Positions 1 through 9,649 of a DNA stretch of 39,719 bases are shown in pieces. Every line of letters begins with the position of its first letter. The first letter of the stretch is position 1. Position numbers and translations under genes: made by a program. Source of the stretch: Brachymonas sp. (GTDB taxonomy: Bacteria > Pseudomonadota > Gammaproteobacteria > Burkholderiales > Burkholderiaceae_C); NCBI GenBank assembly GCA_012036375.1, contig JAAUOI010000001.1:1-39719 (forward strand). Direction: 5' to 3'. A model generated the notes under the pieces. The model searched no databases. It saw only the letters and a list, made by a program, of their open reading frames with translations, and was not told the origin of the DNA.

Positions 1-592
1 CGGATCGTCAACGACCGGGGCGTCGGTAGGCGTCGCAGCCGGAAGAGCGGTCGCCGAGGTGATCCCTGGGATCGCGACTCCCTCGCGGAGGACGTCGTCG
101 AAGACGCGGAACACGGCGGGGTCGAACTGACGGCCCACATCGCGTCGCATCGCGTCGAGCGCTTCTCGCGCGAGAGGACGTGCTTGAAGGGGCGGCGCGA
201 GACCAGGGCGTCGTAGACGTCGGCCACGCAGAAGATGCGCGCCGCCGATCGGGATCTCCTGGCCGGCAGTCCGTGCGGATAGCCCGACCCGTCCCAACAT
301 TCGTGGTGGGACTCGACGATCGGGCGCACTTCCCACGGGAAGTCGGCGTCGCGCAGCATCTCTCCCGCGGTGCTGCGATCGCCGGCCGCGAGACCGACCG
401 CCGGCTACTGCTGGAGGTGCCGCTGCTCGCGGGCGAGACCGTGCATCTGAGAATGTGGGGCGGAGGGCGAGGCAAGCGGCGCAATCGCCCTCGTCGAAGG
501 CGGCGAGACGGAAGGCGTGCTGCTCTCCGGTCCCGTCCCCCGCCGAAGCGGTCTTCACCGCGCCCTATGACGGGCTTTACGGCTTCGAGTTC

Positions 593-746
593 CGCGCGGA
601 CGATCGGGCCCGCCACCAGTTGCGGGAAGAAGCTCACGAAGAGGGCGAAATCCAGCAGGCTGCGGGCCGGCTTCAGTTCACCCCGGTAGATATCGATGGT
701 GTAACTCAACGTCTGAAACGTGTAGAAACTAATTCCGATCGGCAAA
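593..746 (-). other. Isolated MBOAT O-acyltransferase (AlgI/DltB-type) fragment, probably chimeric sequence
   Basis: [51 protein letters not shown] is the hallmark AlgI/DltB segment. Only about 50 codons are present, fused in frame to PilY1 and followed by unrelated high-GC DNA. Confidence 0.8.
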
Positions 747-1132
747 TAGACTTCGATTTTCGAGTCGCTGTCGATGCTGGCATTTGATCGGAGTGCACCA
801 GAGTCATCTCTGCCGATGCGATAACGCTTTCTTGGATCGTAGTATAGAAGATTAACAAAGGGCGAAGAGTCTCTAATTTCATCATCTCCGCAAGCGTCTG
901 TTGCTGCTCGAAAAGCTTGCGAGTAAACGAAGCTTTCCCCCATTGAGCCTGATGTATCTAGAATGAACAGAAGATTCGGCTCAACGGGAGTCGATCGCGT
1001 CAGCAAGGGTTCGTTGGCTGGTTGAGCAAAAAGTGTGCTGACCGCCAAGAGGCTGAATAAGCCCCCGATGAGTCGCGTTCGCAGAGACTGCGTAACTAAG
1101 AAAAGCTGTGAATTGATAAAAGAGCGATTCAT
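740..1132 (-). CDS. pilY1: PilY1/PilC type IV pilus tip adhesin, N-terminal part only (cut by chimeric join)
   Basis: Signal peptide, then [24 protein letters not shown] (vWA/MIDAS DxSxS) and [11 protein letters not shown]; directly downstream of pilX. Confidence 0.8.
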
Positions 1133-1168
1133 GCTGAATCTCCGTTCATGAATGGATGTCTGCAAAAT

Positions 1169-1798
1169 TTAGGGTGTGACGGACACTTGGATGACTGATT
1201 GAAGCCAAACTTCTGAACCATTGGGTCTGCCTCTGCCTGACACCACTTCAGGGCCAAATCCTCGTGCGGTGATCACAGCACGGTTGTTCGCACCTGGCTC
1301 ATACATTTGAACCACGCACTCTGGCGCACGTTGGTAGGCTGAGAAAATATTGGTGGTGGAGGTATTGATGACTGTGAGAGGTACGACTGTAACCACAGTG
1401 CTGCTAGTGGAATCCCAAACAGTGGACAAATTGGACCATTGGTATACGTAGTTCAAGGTGCTGCTCGGGGTGGGCGCATCTTGGATATCGAAAGGCACAG
1501 TCGGGGTGGTGGCGGTACTAAATAGCGTAGTGGCTACCAATGCTTCAAGATAAGTTCTGGTTTGCCGCTCACAAAAGAGCAGCGCAGCCTCGGCAGCTTG
1601 CATCGCTAATTGTTGGGTGCGGCTGTTATTCGTAACGGCTTCTGAGCTTTCTGAGCCACGGATGGCGCTGACGGACGCCACTGACACAAGCAACAGCATC
1701 ACCATAGTGATGATCAAGATCACGCCCTGTTGCTGATTTGGACGGTGCTTATGAAAGCGAAGGTGCTTGTAACGAAGGTGAAAAATGTTGTTTGGCAT
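1169..1798 (-). CDS. pilX: Type IV pilus minor pilin PilX
   Basis: QQG|VILIITMVMLLLVS prepilin motif lacking Glu5; AMQAAEAAL; C-terminal ITARGFG..VWLQS. Confidence 0.9.
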   Translation of the reverse strand: MPNNIFHLRYKHLRFHKHRPNQQQGVILIITMVMLLLVSVASVSAIRGSESSEAVTNNSRTQQLAMQAAEAALLFCERQTRTYLEALVATTLFSTATTPTVPFDIQDAPTPSSTLNYVYQWSNLSTVWDSTSSTVVTVVPLTVINTSTTNIFSAYQRAPECVVQMYEPGANNRAVITARGFGPEVVSGRGRPNGSEVWLQSVIQVSVTP

Positions 1799-1809
1799 AG
1801 GACACTCGA

Positions 1810-2791
1810 TCAGCGGCTGTTGCGCAGGTTAACGGTACTGATAAAGGCGCGCCGTGCAAAGCGATCTGTCGGCACGATGACTCCCGCCGTAGCATCGCAG
1901 CCATAGTAGGCGCAGGGTCAGCCAAGATTTCGCGATTGCTTCGCATCAAGACACAAATGACCACAGTGGAGATTTTGTCCCAGCGATTGGTTGCATCATA
2001 GGTTTGCAGATTGACATTCGCAGTGGCATCCACGCCGCTAGAACTGCCGATTTGGGCGGCATCAAGGTAACCAACAGGGATGGTAATGATGTTGGTCGTG
2101 GTGGGCATCATCACGCCAAATTGAAAATTGAGTTGCTCGATGTTGGCAATCAGGGGTTGCGTGGGCGGCGCATACACCGTTCCTCCGCCATTGCCAGTGC
2201 AAAAAAGAGAGTTGTTTTTCACATAGAAACGATTTTCGACATAGTAATAGTTGTGTGGTCTTCCTGGAACTGTCATGGTTGTTTGCATGGGTAAACTAGA
2301 TCCTGTGCAATCAGTCGGAAGAGCTGGAGCAGCTGTAGGCTCTGTGTTGTAAATGTCTGCCTCGTAAGTGACTGCGATCGCGTGTGACGTGGTGTTGGTG
2401 GTGCTACAAGTTAGGGCAGAAATCGAGATGCCGGTAAAGGTGGCGGTATTTTCTGCATTGGCGAATCCGCTGCTACAGGCGAAGATAGGTAGAGTGCTCG
2501 TGCCCCAGGGCGCTGGATTTCGCAGTGGCTCGTTGCTAGGGGAAGCTGTAAGACGACCAGGCTGAACGGGATTGAAGCCTGCCAAGCGCAGTTGCTGCCC
2601 TAAAATACGCAAGGCATACAGCCCGTCTTCCATTCATTTCAGCCAAAGGCTTGAGATTGGGCTCTCGCGCTAGAGGTGTTGGTGTACAGGGCAACAACAG
2701 TGCCAATAACCAATGCGCCCAAGGTCATGGCCACGAGCAATTCAATGAGGGTTACACCAGTTTGCTTGATACGACGACGAAGGGATGTCAT
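1810..2791 (-). CDS. pilW: Type IV pilus minor pilin PilW (apparent frameshifts near 2640 and 1910)
   Basis: ATG at 2791 overlaps the pilV stop and gives MTSLRRRIKQTG|VTLIELLVAMTLG. The body is ORF 1749..2633. The typical end TDRFARRAFISTVNLRNSR* lies in another frame with the stop at 1810. Confidence 0.85.
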
Positions 2792-3392
2792 ATGGAAACC
2801 CTCATGTAGTAGCAACGAGGACGAACATCAGCGGCCAAGGAGCGAATGCCAGATGGACAGTTGTCTGAGTTTTGTTCGGTATCGCTGCTGCTGACTACGC
2901 TTGAGCTCTCCATCCAATAGATCCATAGGTCAAATTGAGTATTGCTTACCTTAATTACTTCGTACTCGCCTGCCGGAAGCGCCGCGCGAGCCGACGCTGG
3001 AAAAAAGCAACATCCAAAGTGGCCAAGGTATTGCTTGTGCAATTGGGATAAGTACATAAGCCCGAGGGAAGATTAGGCACATTGCGGCTGGCTGCATCTG
3101 CGATGTCTGTGTAGGTCGGGGCTCTGAGATACACCGGTGTGGCCGCAGTCATTTCGGTAGAGTTACTTCTGACAAGTTCGGCATATTCATTGGCCATCAT
3201 GGTAGCTAAGGCTCGATTGGAAGCGTTTGTGTTGGCGTTCAGGCTGTAGTTGATCATGTTGGCCATAGCAGCCAAACCTACAGCGATCAGCAGCAAAGAG
3301 ACCAAAACTTCGATCAATGAAAAGCCACGGTTTTTGATGTGCACCAATCCGTGATGACTAAGACGGCATCGCATATATCGGTTTAGCTGCAT
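2788..3392 (-). CDS. pilV: Type IV pilus modification protein PilV (apparent frameshift near 2990)
   Basis: RG|FSLIEVLVSLLLIAVG; A..MANEYAELVRSN; C...CTSNTLATLD; continues in ORF 2788..3057 (AALPAG..LWIYW..RCYYMRVSI). Confidence 0.88.
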
Positions 3393-3994
3393 GCTGTCAC
3401 TCCTGCATTGGTCACTCTTATCCGGCCAGTGGTTGATAGACAAATAGCTCGATCTAATTCTGTTTGGCTGGTTCGTGACTTGAAAATAAAGCTGCTTTGC
3501 AAACCAGTGGTTCTACCTTCACGATTGAAGCGAAAGCTGCTAGGCGGCTGACCAGAGCTGCCACCGGTGCCTGTATCGATTCCGCCAGAATCGCTGCTCG
3601 TATCTTCTTGTCTGCGCAGCAATTCTTCCGTTGAATCAAATTGGTTGTCGTTGTCGTTGTCTATAAAAATGATCCACCCTGTTGCCCAATTCGGATTGGA
3701 TGTCGTGCAGGTAGGGGTGGCATCTGTGGGATTTGCGCTGGCGCAGATGTTGACGCTTAAACCCCTGCGCAATGCCATGCTTCGCGCATATCGCATGTCA
3801 GTCATCAGAGCATCTGTTTGCTGCCGAAGATTTGCCTCGGCCAATACGCCTTGAATGCCCGGTACAGCGAAAGTGGCCAAAATTCCCACAATCGCGATAA
3901 CCACCAGAAGTTCAGCCAGCGTAAAGCCAAATTGCCGGGCGCGATTGATCGGCGCACTGCAATTATGCTGCTGTTGACTTGTAAGGTTTAACAT
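3383..3994 (-). CDS. fimT: GspH/FimT-FimU family minor pilin
   Basis: FG|FTLAELLVVIAIVGILATFAVPG; ARSMALRRG..V.IC; WATGWIIFIDND; terminal disulfide ICLSTTGRIR..C. Confidence 0.9.
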   Translation of the reverse strand: MLNLTSQQQHNCSAPINRARQFGFTLAELLVVIAIVGILATFAVPGIQGVLAEANLRQQTDALMTDMRYARSMALRRGLSVNICASANPTDATPTCTTSNPNWATGWIIFIDNDNDNQFDSTEELLRRQEDTSSDSGGIDTGTGGSSGQPPSSFRFNREGRTTGLQSSFIFKSRTSQTELDRAICLSTTGRIRVTNAGVTACS

Positions 3995-4093
3995 GATGGC
4001 AGTATCCTTTCTTGCGAGATATCGTGCAAACTGATCCTGATATGAGGTGAAGCCGGTGCGATAAACGGCGAGATTTGTTGCAGTGATTGCTCC

Positions 4094-4543
4094 TCACTTC
4101 CTCACCTCATCCACCAATGCCCGAAACTCATCGATATCCTCAAAGCTTCGGTAGACGCTGGCGAAGCGGATGTAGGCTACTTTGTCGAGGCGTTTGAGTT
4201 CGCGCATGACGAGTTCGCCGATTCGGCTGCTTTGGACTTCTCGGGTGGGGGTGGCGAGGAGTTTTTCTTCGATGCGGTCGATGGCGCTGTCGATTTGTTC
4301 AGTGCTGACGGGGCGTTTGCGCAGGGCGAGGTTGAGGCTGGCGCGGAGTTTGGCCGATTCATACTCGATGCGGCGGCCATCTTTTTTGACGACGGCGGGA
4401 AAGCTGACTTCGGCGCGCTCGTAGGTGGTGAAGCGTTTTTCGCAGCTGGCGCATTGGCGGCGGCGGCGGATGAAGGCGGCGTCTTCAGAAATGCGCGTTT
4501 CCACCACTTGGGTGTCGGGGTGGGAGCAAAAGGGGCAGCGCAT
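4094..4543 (-). CDS. nrdR: Transcriptional repressor NrdR
   Basis: [23 protein letters not shown] zinc ribbon plus ATP cone; [12 protein letters not shown]. Confidence 0.98.
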   Translation of the reverse strand: MRCPFCSHPDTQVVETRISEDAAFIRRRRQCASCEKRFTTYERAEVSFPAVVKKDGRRIEYESAKLRASLNLALRKRPVSTEQIDSAIDRIEEKLLATPTREVQSSRIGELVMRELKRLDKVAYIRFASVYRSFEDIDEFRALVDEVRK

Positions 4544-4580
4544 GGGCTATTGTAGGCGGATGGGTGCTTTAGTGGGGCTG

Positions 4581-4646
4581 TTTTTGAAGCGTTTTTGGCA
4601 CTTTGCCGGCATGGAATGTGCGCGGAGTGCTATTGTATTGATAGTA
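4581..4646 (+). repeat. 66-bp dispersed element, copy 1 (glyA-nrdR intergenic)
   Basis: TTTTTGAAGCGTTTTTGGCACTTTGCCGGCATGGAATGTGCGCGGAGTGCTATTGTATTGATAGTA; aligns without gaps to 9 other copies. Confidence 0.9.
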
Positions 4647-4673
4647 AATTGATGGCCAGTTGTGGGCTGAGGC

Positions 4674-4714
4674 TCTCGCCTTAGCCCTCTCCCGCAGGCA
4701 CAGGGGAGAGGGGA
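4674..4714. repeat. REP-like CCCTCTCCC...GGGAGAGGG palindrome downstream of glyA
   Basis: CCCTCTCCC (4685-4693) / GGGAGAGGG (4704-4712) perfect 9-bp inverted repeat, preceded by CTCTCGCCTTAG. Resembles the widespread proteobacterial CCCTCTCCC extragenic palindromes. Confidence 0.6.
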
Positions 4715-4735
4715 TCAGACCATCAAGACTGAGTG

Positions 4736-5980
4736 TCAGCCATACACCGGGAAGCGGCTGGTCAGTGCCACCACTTTGGCGCGCACGGCTTCGATGTTGG
4801 CCGCATCGCGCGGGTTGTCGAGCACATCAGCAATCAAATTGGCCGTGAAACGAGCTTCTTCGTCTTTGAAGCCGCGCGTGGTCATGGCGGGGGTGCCGAT
4901 GCGCACGCCGCTGGTGACCATGGGTTTTTCGGGATCGTTGGGGATGCCGTTTTTGTTGATGGTCATGTAGGCATCGCCCAAAATCGCCTCGGCTTCTTTG
5001 CCGGTGATGTGTTTGTTGCGCAGATCAACCAGCATGACGTGGCTTTCGGTGCGGCCGCTGACGATGCGCAGGCCGCGCTGCACCAAAGTTTCGGCAATCA
5101 CTTGCGCATTTTTGGCCACTTGGGCTTGATAAACCTTGAAGCTCGGATCGAGCGCCTCTTTGAAGGCGATGGCTTTGGCCGCGATGACGTGCATGAGCGG
5201 GCCCCCTTGCAGGCCGGGGAAGACTGCGCTGTTGATGGCTTTTTCGTGTTCAGCTTTCATCAAAATAATGCCGCCGCGTGGGCCGCGCAGGCTCTTGTGG
5301 GTGGTGGAGGTGACGACATCGGCGTGGGGCACGGGGTTGGGGTACACGCCTGCGGCGATCAAGCCGGCGTAATGCGCCATATCGACCATGAAAATTGCGC
5401 CGACTGCTTTTGCGACTTTGGCAAAACGCTCGAAATCAATTTTGAGCGCGTAGGCGGATGCGCCGGCGATGATGAGCTTGGGGCGCTTCTCGTGCGCGAG
5501 GCGCTCCATCGCGTCGTAATCGATCTCTTCTTTGGCGTTCAGGCCATAGGAGACGACGTTGAACCATTTGCCGCTCATATTCAGAGGCATGCCGTGCGTC
5601 AAATGCCCGCCTTCAGCGAGGCTCATGCCCATGATGGTGTCGCCGGGTTTCAAAAAGGCGAGGAAGACGGCTTGGTTGGCTGAAGCGCCGCAGTGGGGCT
5701 GGACGTTGGCACAATCTGCGCCGAATAGTTGCTTGACGCGGTTAATCGCCAGTGTTTCAGCCACGTCGACATTCACGCAGCCGCCGTAGTAGCGCTTGCC
5801 GGGGTAGCCCTCAGCATACTTGTTGGTCAGTTGCGTGCCTTGCGCTGCCATGACAGCAGGGGAGGCGTAGTTTTCGCTGGCGATCAACTCGATGTGATGT
5901 TCTTGGCGGGCGTTTTCTGCTTGAATGGCGGCAAAAAGCTCGGGATCGGTTTGTTCGATGAGGATGTTTCTGTTGAACAT
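4736..5980 (-). CDS. glyA: Serine hydroxymethyltransferase
   Basis: [38 protein letters not shown] (PLP lysine), FPGLQGGP. Confidence 0.99.
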   Translation of the reverse strand: MFNRNILIEQTDPELFAAIQAENARQEHHIELIASENYASPAVMAAQGTQLTNKYAEGYPGKRYYGGCVNVDVAETLAINRVKQLFGADCANVQPHCGASANQAVFLAFLKPGDTIMGMSLAEGGHLTHGMPLNMSGKWFNVVSYGLNAKEEIDYDAMERLAHEKRPKLIIAGASAYALKIDFERFAKVAKAVGAIFMVDMAHYAGLIAAGVYPNPVPHADVVTSTTHKSLRGPRGGIILMKAEHEKAINSAVFPGLQGGPLMHVIAAKAIAFKEALDPSFKVYQAQVAKNAQVIAETLVQRGLRIVSGRTESHVMLVDLRNKHITGKEAEAILGDAYMTINKNGIPNDPEKPMVTSGVRIGTPAMTTRGFKDEEARFTANLIADVLDNPRDAANIEAVRAKVVALTSRFPVYG

Positions 5981-6037
5981 GATTGGCAGTTCTGAGGAAG
6001 GTCAGTGATCCCGCGACAGATACAAACACGGAGGCGG

Positions 6038-6150
6038 GCTGCCCAGGCGAACGGCTGAACGCAGAACCTGTCATAAGACAGAGTGGTCTGCGGTGCGCTT
6101 CCCAGTGGTGTCCCACGTCGGTCTATTGACCTATCGCCAGTTGCGCACAC
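6038..6150 (-). ncRNA. ZMP/ZTP (pfl) riboswitch in the glyA leader
   Basis: Minus strand: GUGCGCAACUGGCGA...GUGGGACACCACUGGGAAGCGCAC...GCCGUUCGCCUGGGCAG. It has P1, P2, the GGCG/CGCC pseudoknot and P3 GCC..CGCCUGGGC, and sits upstream of a folate one-carbon gene. Confidence 0.92.
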
Positions 6151-6245
6151 AAGGAGTTTATCACTGGATGTTTGCGCGATGCCATGAGTAGGGCGCTCTA
6201 CCAGTTCGCCACGCAGTCAAGCGGTGACCAAAGAAGCCATCAAGG

Positions 6246-6311
6246 CGCTACAAATACAATAGCGCTTCGCACAATAACCACGCCGGCGATTAACTCAAAA
6301 TGCCTAAACCG
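6246..6311 (-). repeat. 66-bp dispersed element, copy 2 (alkA-glyA intergenic)
   Basis: Reverse complement CGGTTTAGGCATTTTGAGTTAATCGCCGGCGTGGTTATTGTGCGAAGCGCTATTGTATTTGTAGCG. Confidence 0.85.
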
Positions 6312-6349
6312 CGATAGTCCCACGCCCTCATGGACAATCTCGGTTAAAA

Positions 6350-7018
6350 TCAATACGCCACTGGCAATGGATCGAGCGAGCGCCAGAGATACCAAGTCGC
6401 CACACTGCGATAGGGCGTCCAGTTAGCTGCCACTTCTTTGGCCTCGCTGCGGCTGACTGATTCGCCGGAGAAATAATTTTCACTGATGCCGCGCAACATG
6501 CCGATGTCGTCCAGCGGGAGCACGTTGGGGCGCATCAGATGGAAGATCAGGAACATCTCGGCTGTCCAACGGCCAATGCCGCGAATGGCAACCAGCTCGG
6601 TGATGATGGCTTCGTCGTCCATACCGTCCCACTGTTTGACGCTCAGAGCGCCGCTGTCAAAGTGCAGGGCGAGATCGACAAGGTATTCGATTTTCCGAGC
6701 CGAGAGGCCGCAGGCGCGCATGTCGTCCACCTTGAGCTTGAGCACCTTGGCTGGCGTGAGTTTAGGCTTGGCAAGTATCGCGAAACGATCCCAAATCGTT
6801 TGCGCCGCTTGCACACTGATTTGCTGACCCACCACGGAGCGCGCCAGTGTGATGAACGCCTCGCCACGGCTTTGCAGGCATGCGTCGCCAAACTGCGGAA
6901 TCAGCTTGCGCATGACCCGATCTTTTTTCATCAGATGAGCACAAGCTTCAGCCCAATAAGCAGGAGTCGCCACTGAGGGAGCAACAGATTTGGTGATCTG
7001 AACCGCTTCTTTTTTCAT
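6350..7018 (-). CDS. alkA: DNA-3-methyladenine glycosylase II (AlkA/HhH-GPD family)
   Basis: LARSVVGQQIS, HhH motif IRGIGRWTAEMFLIFHLMRPNVLPLDD, WTPYRSVATWYLWRSL. Likely start is ATG 7018 after GGAG. Confidence 0.9.
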   Translation of the reverse strand: MKKEAVQITKSVAPSVATPAYWAEACAHLMKKDRVMRKLIPQFGDACLQSRGEAFITLARSVVGQQISVQAAQTIWDRFAILAKPKLTPAKVLKLKVDDMRACGLSARKIEYLVDLALHFDSGALSVKQWDGMDDEAIITELVAIRGIGRWTAEMFLIFHLMRPNVLPLDDIGMLRGISENYFSGESVSRSEAKEVAANWTPYRSVATWYLWRSLDPLPVAY

Positions 7019-7069
7019 AGCACTCCGCGCATATTCCATGCCGTGTAAATGCCGAAAAGGCTTAAAAAA
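7004..7069 (-). repeat. 66-bp dispersed element, copy 3 (overlaps the alkA start)
   Basis: Reverse complement TTTTTTAAGCCTTTTCGGCATTTACACGGCATGGAATATGCGCGGAGTGCTATGAAAAAAGAAGCG. Confidence 0.9.
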
Positions 7070-7082
7070 TGAGCCTTTGATC

Positions 7083-8504
7083 TCATGCTGCAGCCTCCCA
7101 GGTCGTACCCTGCGGACTGTCTTTGAGCACAATGCCTTGCGCAGCTAAATCCTTGCGGATTTGATCGGCCATTGCAAAATTCTTGGCGACTTTGGCGGCT
7201 GCGCGTTCAGCGATTTTTGACTGAATCGCTGCATCGTCCAGCGTTGCGCCTGATTGCAAAAATGCCTGCGGATCGCTCTGCAAAATACCGAGCAAACTGC
7301 CCAGGGCTTTGAGCTGTGCGGCCAGCGCCATTGATTTGCTGCGATTGACCTCGGCCGCCAAATCAAAGAGCACGGCCACCGCTTCAGAGGTGGCAAAGTC
7401 ATTGTCCATCGCAGCTTTGAAGCGAGCAGGGTGCTCGGCAGTCCAATCTATGTTTTTAATGCCAAATGTGCTGTTGGCCGGCATAGAATCTGCGCTAAGT
7501 GCTATGATTTCAGGAGCTATTGACAAGGCGGTGTACAAGCGTTTGAGTGAGGCTCTGGCATCTTCCAAATGCACATCCGAGTAGTTCAAACCACTGCGAT
7601 AATGGCTGCGCAGGATGAAAAAGCGAATCGTCTGGGCATCAAACTTTTGCAGCACGTCGCGGATCGTGAAAAAGTTGCCCAGCGATTTGGACATTTTTTC
7701 ATTGTCGATATTGACGAACCCGTTGTGCATCCAGTACTTGGCCATGGGTTTTGTGGACGCGCCTTCGCTCTGCGCGATTTCGTTTTCATGGTGGGGAAAC
7801 TGCAAATCCGCGCCGCCGCCGTGAATATCAAAGCTCTCGCCCAGCAAGGCGCAGCTCATGGCCGAGCATTCAATATGCCAGCCGGGGCGGCCTGCGCCGT
7901 AAGCGCTGTCCCACTTGGCCTCAGCGGGTTCGTCTGCTTTGGCAGATTTCCAGAGCACGAAATCCAGCGGATCTTCCTTGCCATCGAGCACAGCCACGCG
8001 CTCGCCCGCATGCAGCTCATCGAGCGATTTGCCGCTTAATTTGCCGTAACCGGGAAATTTGCGCACCGAAAAATTCACATCGCCGCTGGGGGCGCGGTAA
8101 GCAAGGCCGTTTTGCTCGAGCTGGCTCACGATGGACAGCATCTGCGGCACGTAATCGGTGGCGCGTGGGTCGTGATCGGGGCGTTCGATACCTAAAGCAT
8201 CAAAGTCACGGTACATTTCGGCGACCATGCGCTGGGTGAGTTGGCTCATGGTTTCGCCATTTTTGACAGCCCGCTGGATGATTTTGTCATCAATATCGGT
8301 GATGTTTTTGACATAAGTCACGGCATAGCCAGTGGCGCGCAGCCAGCGCTGAATCACATCAAACGCAATCGCCGAGCGGGCATGGCCGATGTGGCACAGG
8401 TCATATACCGTGATGCCGCAGACATACATGCGCACTTTGCCGGTTTCAAGGGGAACAAAATCCTCCACGCGACGCGAGAGCGTGTTGTAAATTTTCAATG
8501 CCAT
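7083..8504 (-). CDS. cysS: Cysteine--tRNA ligase
   Basis: [48 protein letters not shown]. Confidence 0.99.
   Translation of the reverse strand: MALKIYNTLSRRVEDFVPLETGKVRMYVCGITVYDLCHIGHARSAIAFDVIQRWLRATGYAVTYVKNITDIDDKIIQRAVKNGETMSQLTQRMVAEMYRDFDALGIERPDHDPRATDYVPQMLSIVSQLEQNGLAYRAPSGDVNFSVRKFPGYGKLSGKSLDELHAGERVAVLDGKEDPLDFVLWKSAKADEPAEAKWDSAYGAGRPGWHIECSAMSCALLGESFDIHGGGADLQFPHHENEIAQSEGASTKPMAKYWMHNGFVNIDNEKMSKSLGNFFTIRDVLQKFDAQTIRFFILRSHYRSGLNYSDVHLEDARASLKRLYTALSIAPEIIALSADSMPANSTFGIKNIDWTAEHPARFKAAMDNDFATSEAVAVLFDLAAEVNRSKSMALAAQLKALGSLLGILQSDPQAFLQSGATLDDAAIQSKIAERAAAKVAKNFAMADQIRKDLAAQGIVLKDSPQGTTWEAAA
7453..7518 (+). repeat. 66-bp dispersed element, copy 4 (in frame inside cysS)
   Basis: TTTTTAATGCCAAATGTGCTGTTGGCCGGCATAGAATCTGCGCTAAGTGCTATGATTTCAGGAGCT; encodes [22 protein letters not shown]. 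Confidence 0.88.
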
Positions 8505-8609
8505 GGTGTGTGTGAGTTGGGGGCGTGCGGTTAGGAGAAAACCAAAGCCTAGCCGCTACAATCGCAGCAGTATATCGCCCAAAATCTGGGCGCGTCTGAG
8601 AGAGAAAAT

Positions 8610-9632
8610 ATGCGCAAACCATTTTTTGCAGTTCCGTCTTTGTCGGCCGCTTTGGCATTGGCTCTCGGCTTGTGCCTGAGTACAGCTGCTTTTGCCGATT
8701 ACGCTGAAGTCAACCGTTTGATGCGTGCTGGCCAATTGGCCGAGGCCACCGCCAAGGCCGATCAATTCTTGGCTGGCAAACCCAAAGATCCGCAAATGCG
8801 CTTTTTGAAAGGCGTGATCCTGACCGAGCAGGGCAAACCACAAGATGCGATTACCCAGTTTACCAAGCTGATTGAAGACTACCCTGAGCTGCCCGAGCCC
8901 TACAACAACCTAGCCGTGTTGCACGCAGGCCAAGGCCAGTTTGACCGAGCCCGCGCTGCGCTCGAAATGGCGATTCGCACCAACCCCAGCTATGCCACCG
9001 CGCATGAGAATTTAGGCGATGTCTATGCCAAACTTGCCAGTCAGGCCTATAGCAAAGCGCTGCAATTGGACGGCACCAATACCGGTGTGCAGCCCAAACT
9101 GAGTTTGATTCGCGACTTGTTTGCACCTGGCGCGAAAGGCCAGCGCCCCACTTCCTCCAGCGCAGCTGCTGCCAAGCCAGCAACTGCCGTTGCCACCGCG
9201 CCTGTAGCGCCTGCCGCACCCGTTGCGCCTACAGCATCCGCTGGGCCTAAACCCGCCGCTACGCCCGCCGCTCCAGCAGTGCCTGCCGCAACCGCTGAAG
9301 GCAATTCAGACGAAGTCAAAGTCGCCGTGCAAGCTTGGGCCAACGCTTGGAGCCGCAAAGACATGAGCGGCTATCTGGGTGCTTACGGTAAAGACTTTGC
9401 AGCACCTGGTGGTCGCAAAACTTGGGAAGAAGAGCGCCGCAAGCGCATCGTCGGTAAAAACAAAATCAGTGTTCAGATCAGCAATTTGGATATCAAAGTC
9501 ACAGGCAACACCGCGCAGGCACGCTTTAAGCAAGACTATGACGCTGACAGTCTGTCGGTGAACAGCCGCAAAACCTTGGACATGGTGCGTGAAGGCAATC
9601 GCTGGGTGATCGTGCGCGAGTCCACGGGTTAA
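8610..9632 (+). CDS. Exported TPR protein with Ala/Pro linker and C-terminal NTF2-like (Csd6-type) domain
   Basis: Signal peptide; YPELPEPYNNLAVL / AHENLGDVY TPR motifs; AP-rich linker; VQAWANAWSRKD..YL..Y ... F.Q.Y ... K.L..W.I..E. Confidence 0.85.
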   Translation: MRKPFFAVPSLSAALALALGLCLSTAAFADYAEVNRLMRAGQLAEATAKADQFLAGKPKDPQMRFLKGVILTEQGKPQDAITQFTKLIEDYPELPEPYNNLAVLHAGQGQFDRARAALEMAIRTNPSYATAHENLGDVYAKLASQAYSKALQLDGTNTGVQPKLSLIRDLFAPGAKGQRPTSSSAAAAKPATAVATAPVAPAAPVAPTASAGPKPAATPAAPAVPAATAEGNSDEVKVAVQAWANAWSRKDMSGYLGAYGKDFAAPGGRKTWEEERRKRIVGKNKISVQISNLDIKVTGNTAQARFKQDYDADSLSVNSRKTLDMVREGNRWVIVRESTG

Positions 9633-9649
9633 CAGAAACAGTCTAGGTA

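Noticed and set aside
8-1165. 385-aa PilY1-MBOAT fusion protein
   Set aside because: Only short fragments of each family are present, followed by off-frame low-complexity translation and an abrupt GC shift; treated as a chimera.
4733-5683. Long antisense ORFs (e.g. 4733..5683+, 11704..12336-, 30124..30663-, 38662..39144+)
   Set aside because: Shadow frames of highly codon-biased genes, with no recognisable motifs or RBS.
9160-9300. Repetitive GC-rich stretch in the TPR gene
   Set aside because: An ordinary Ala/Pro linker with no exact repeat unit.
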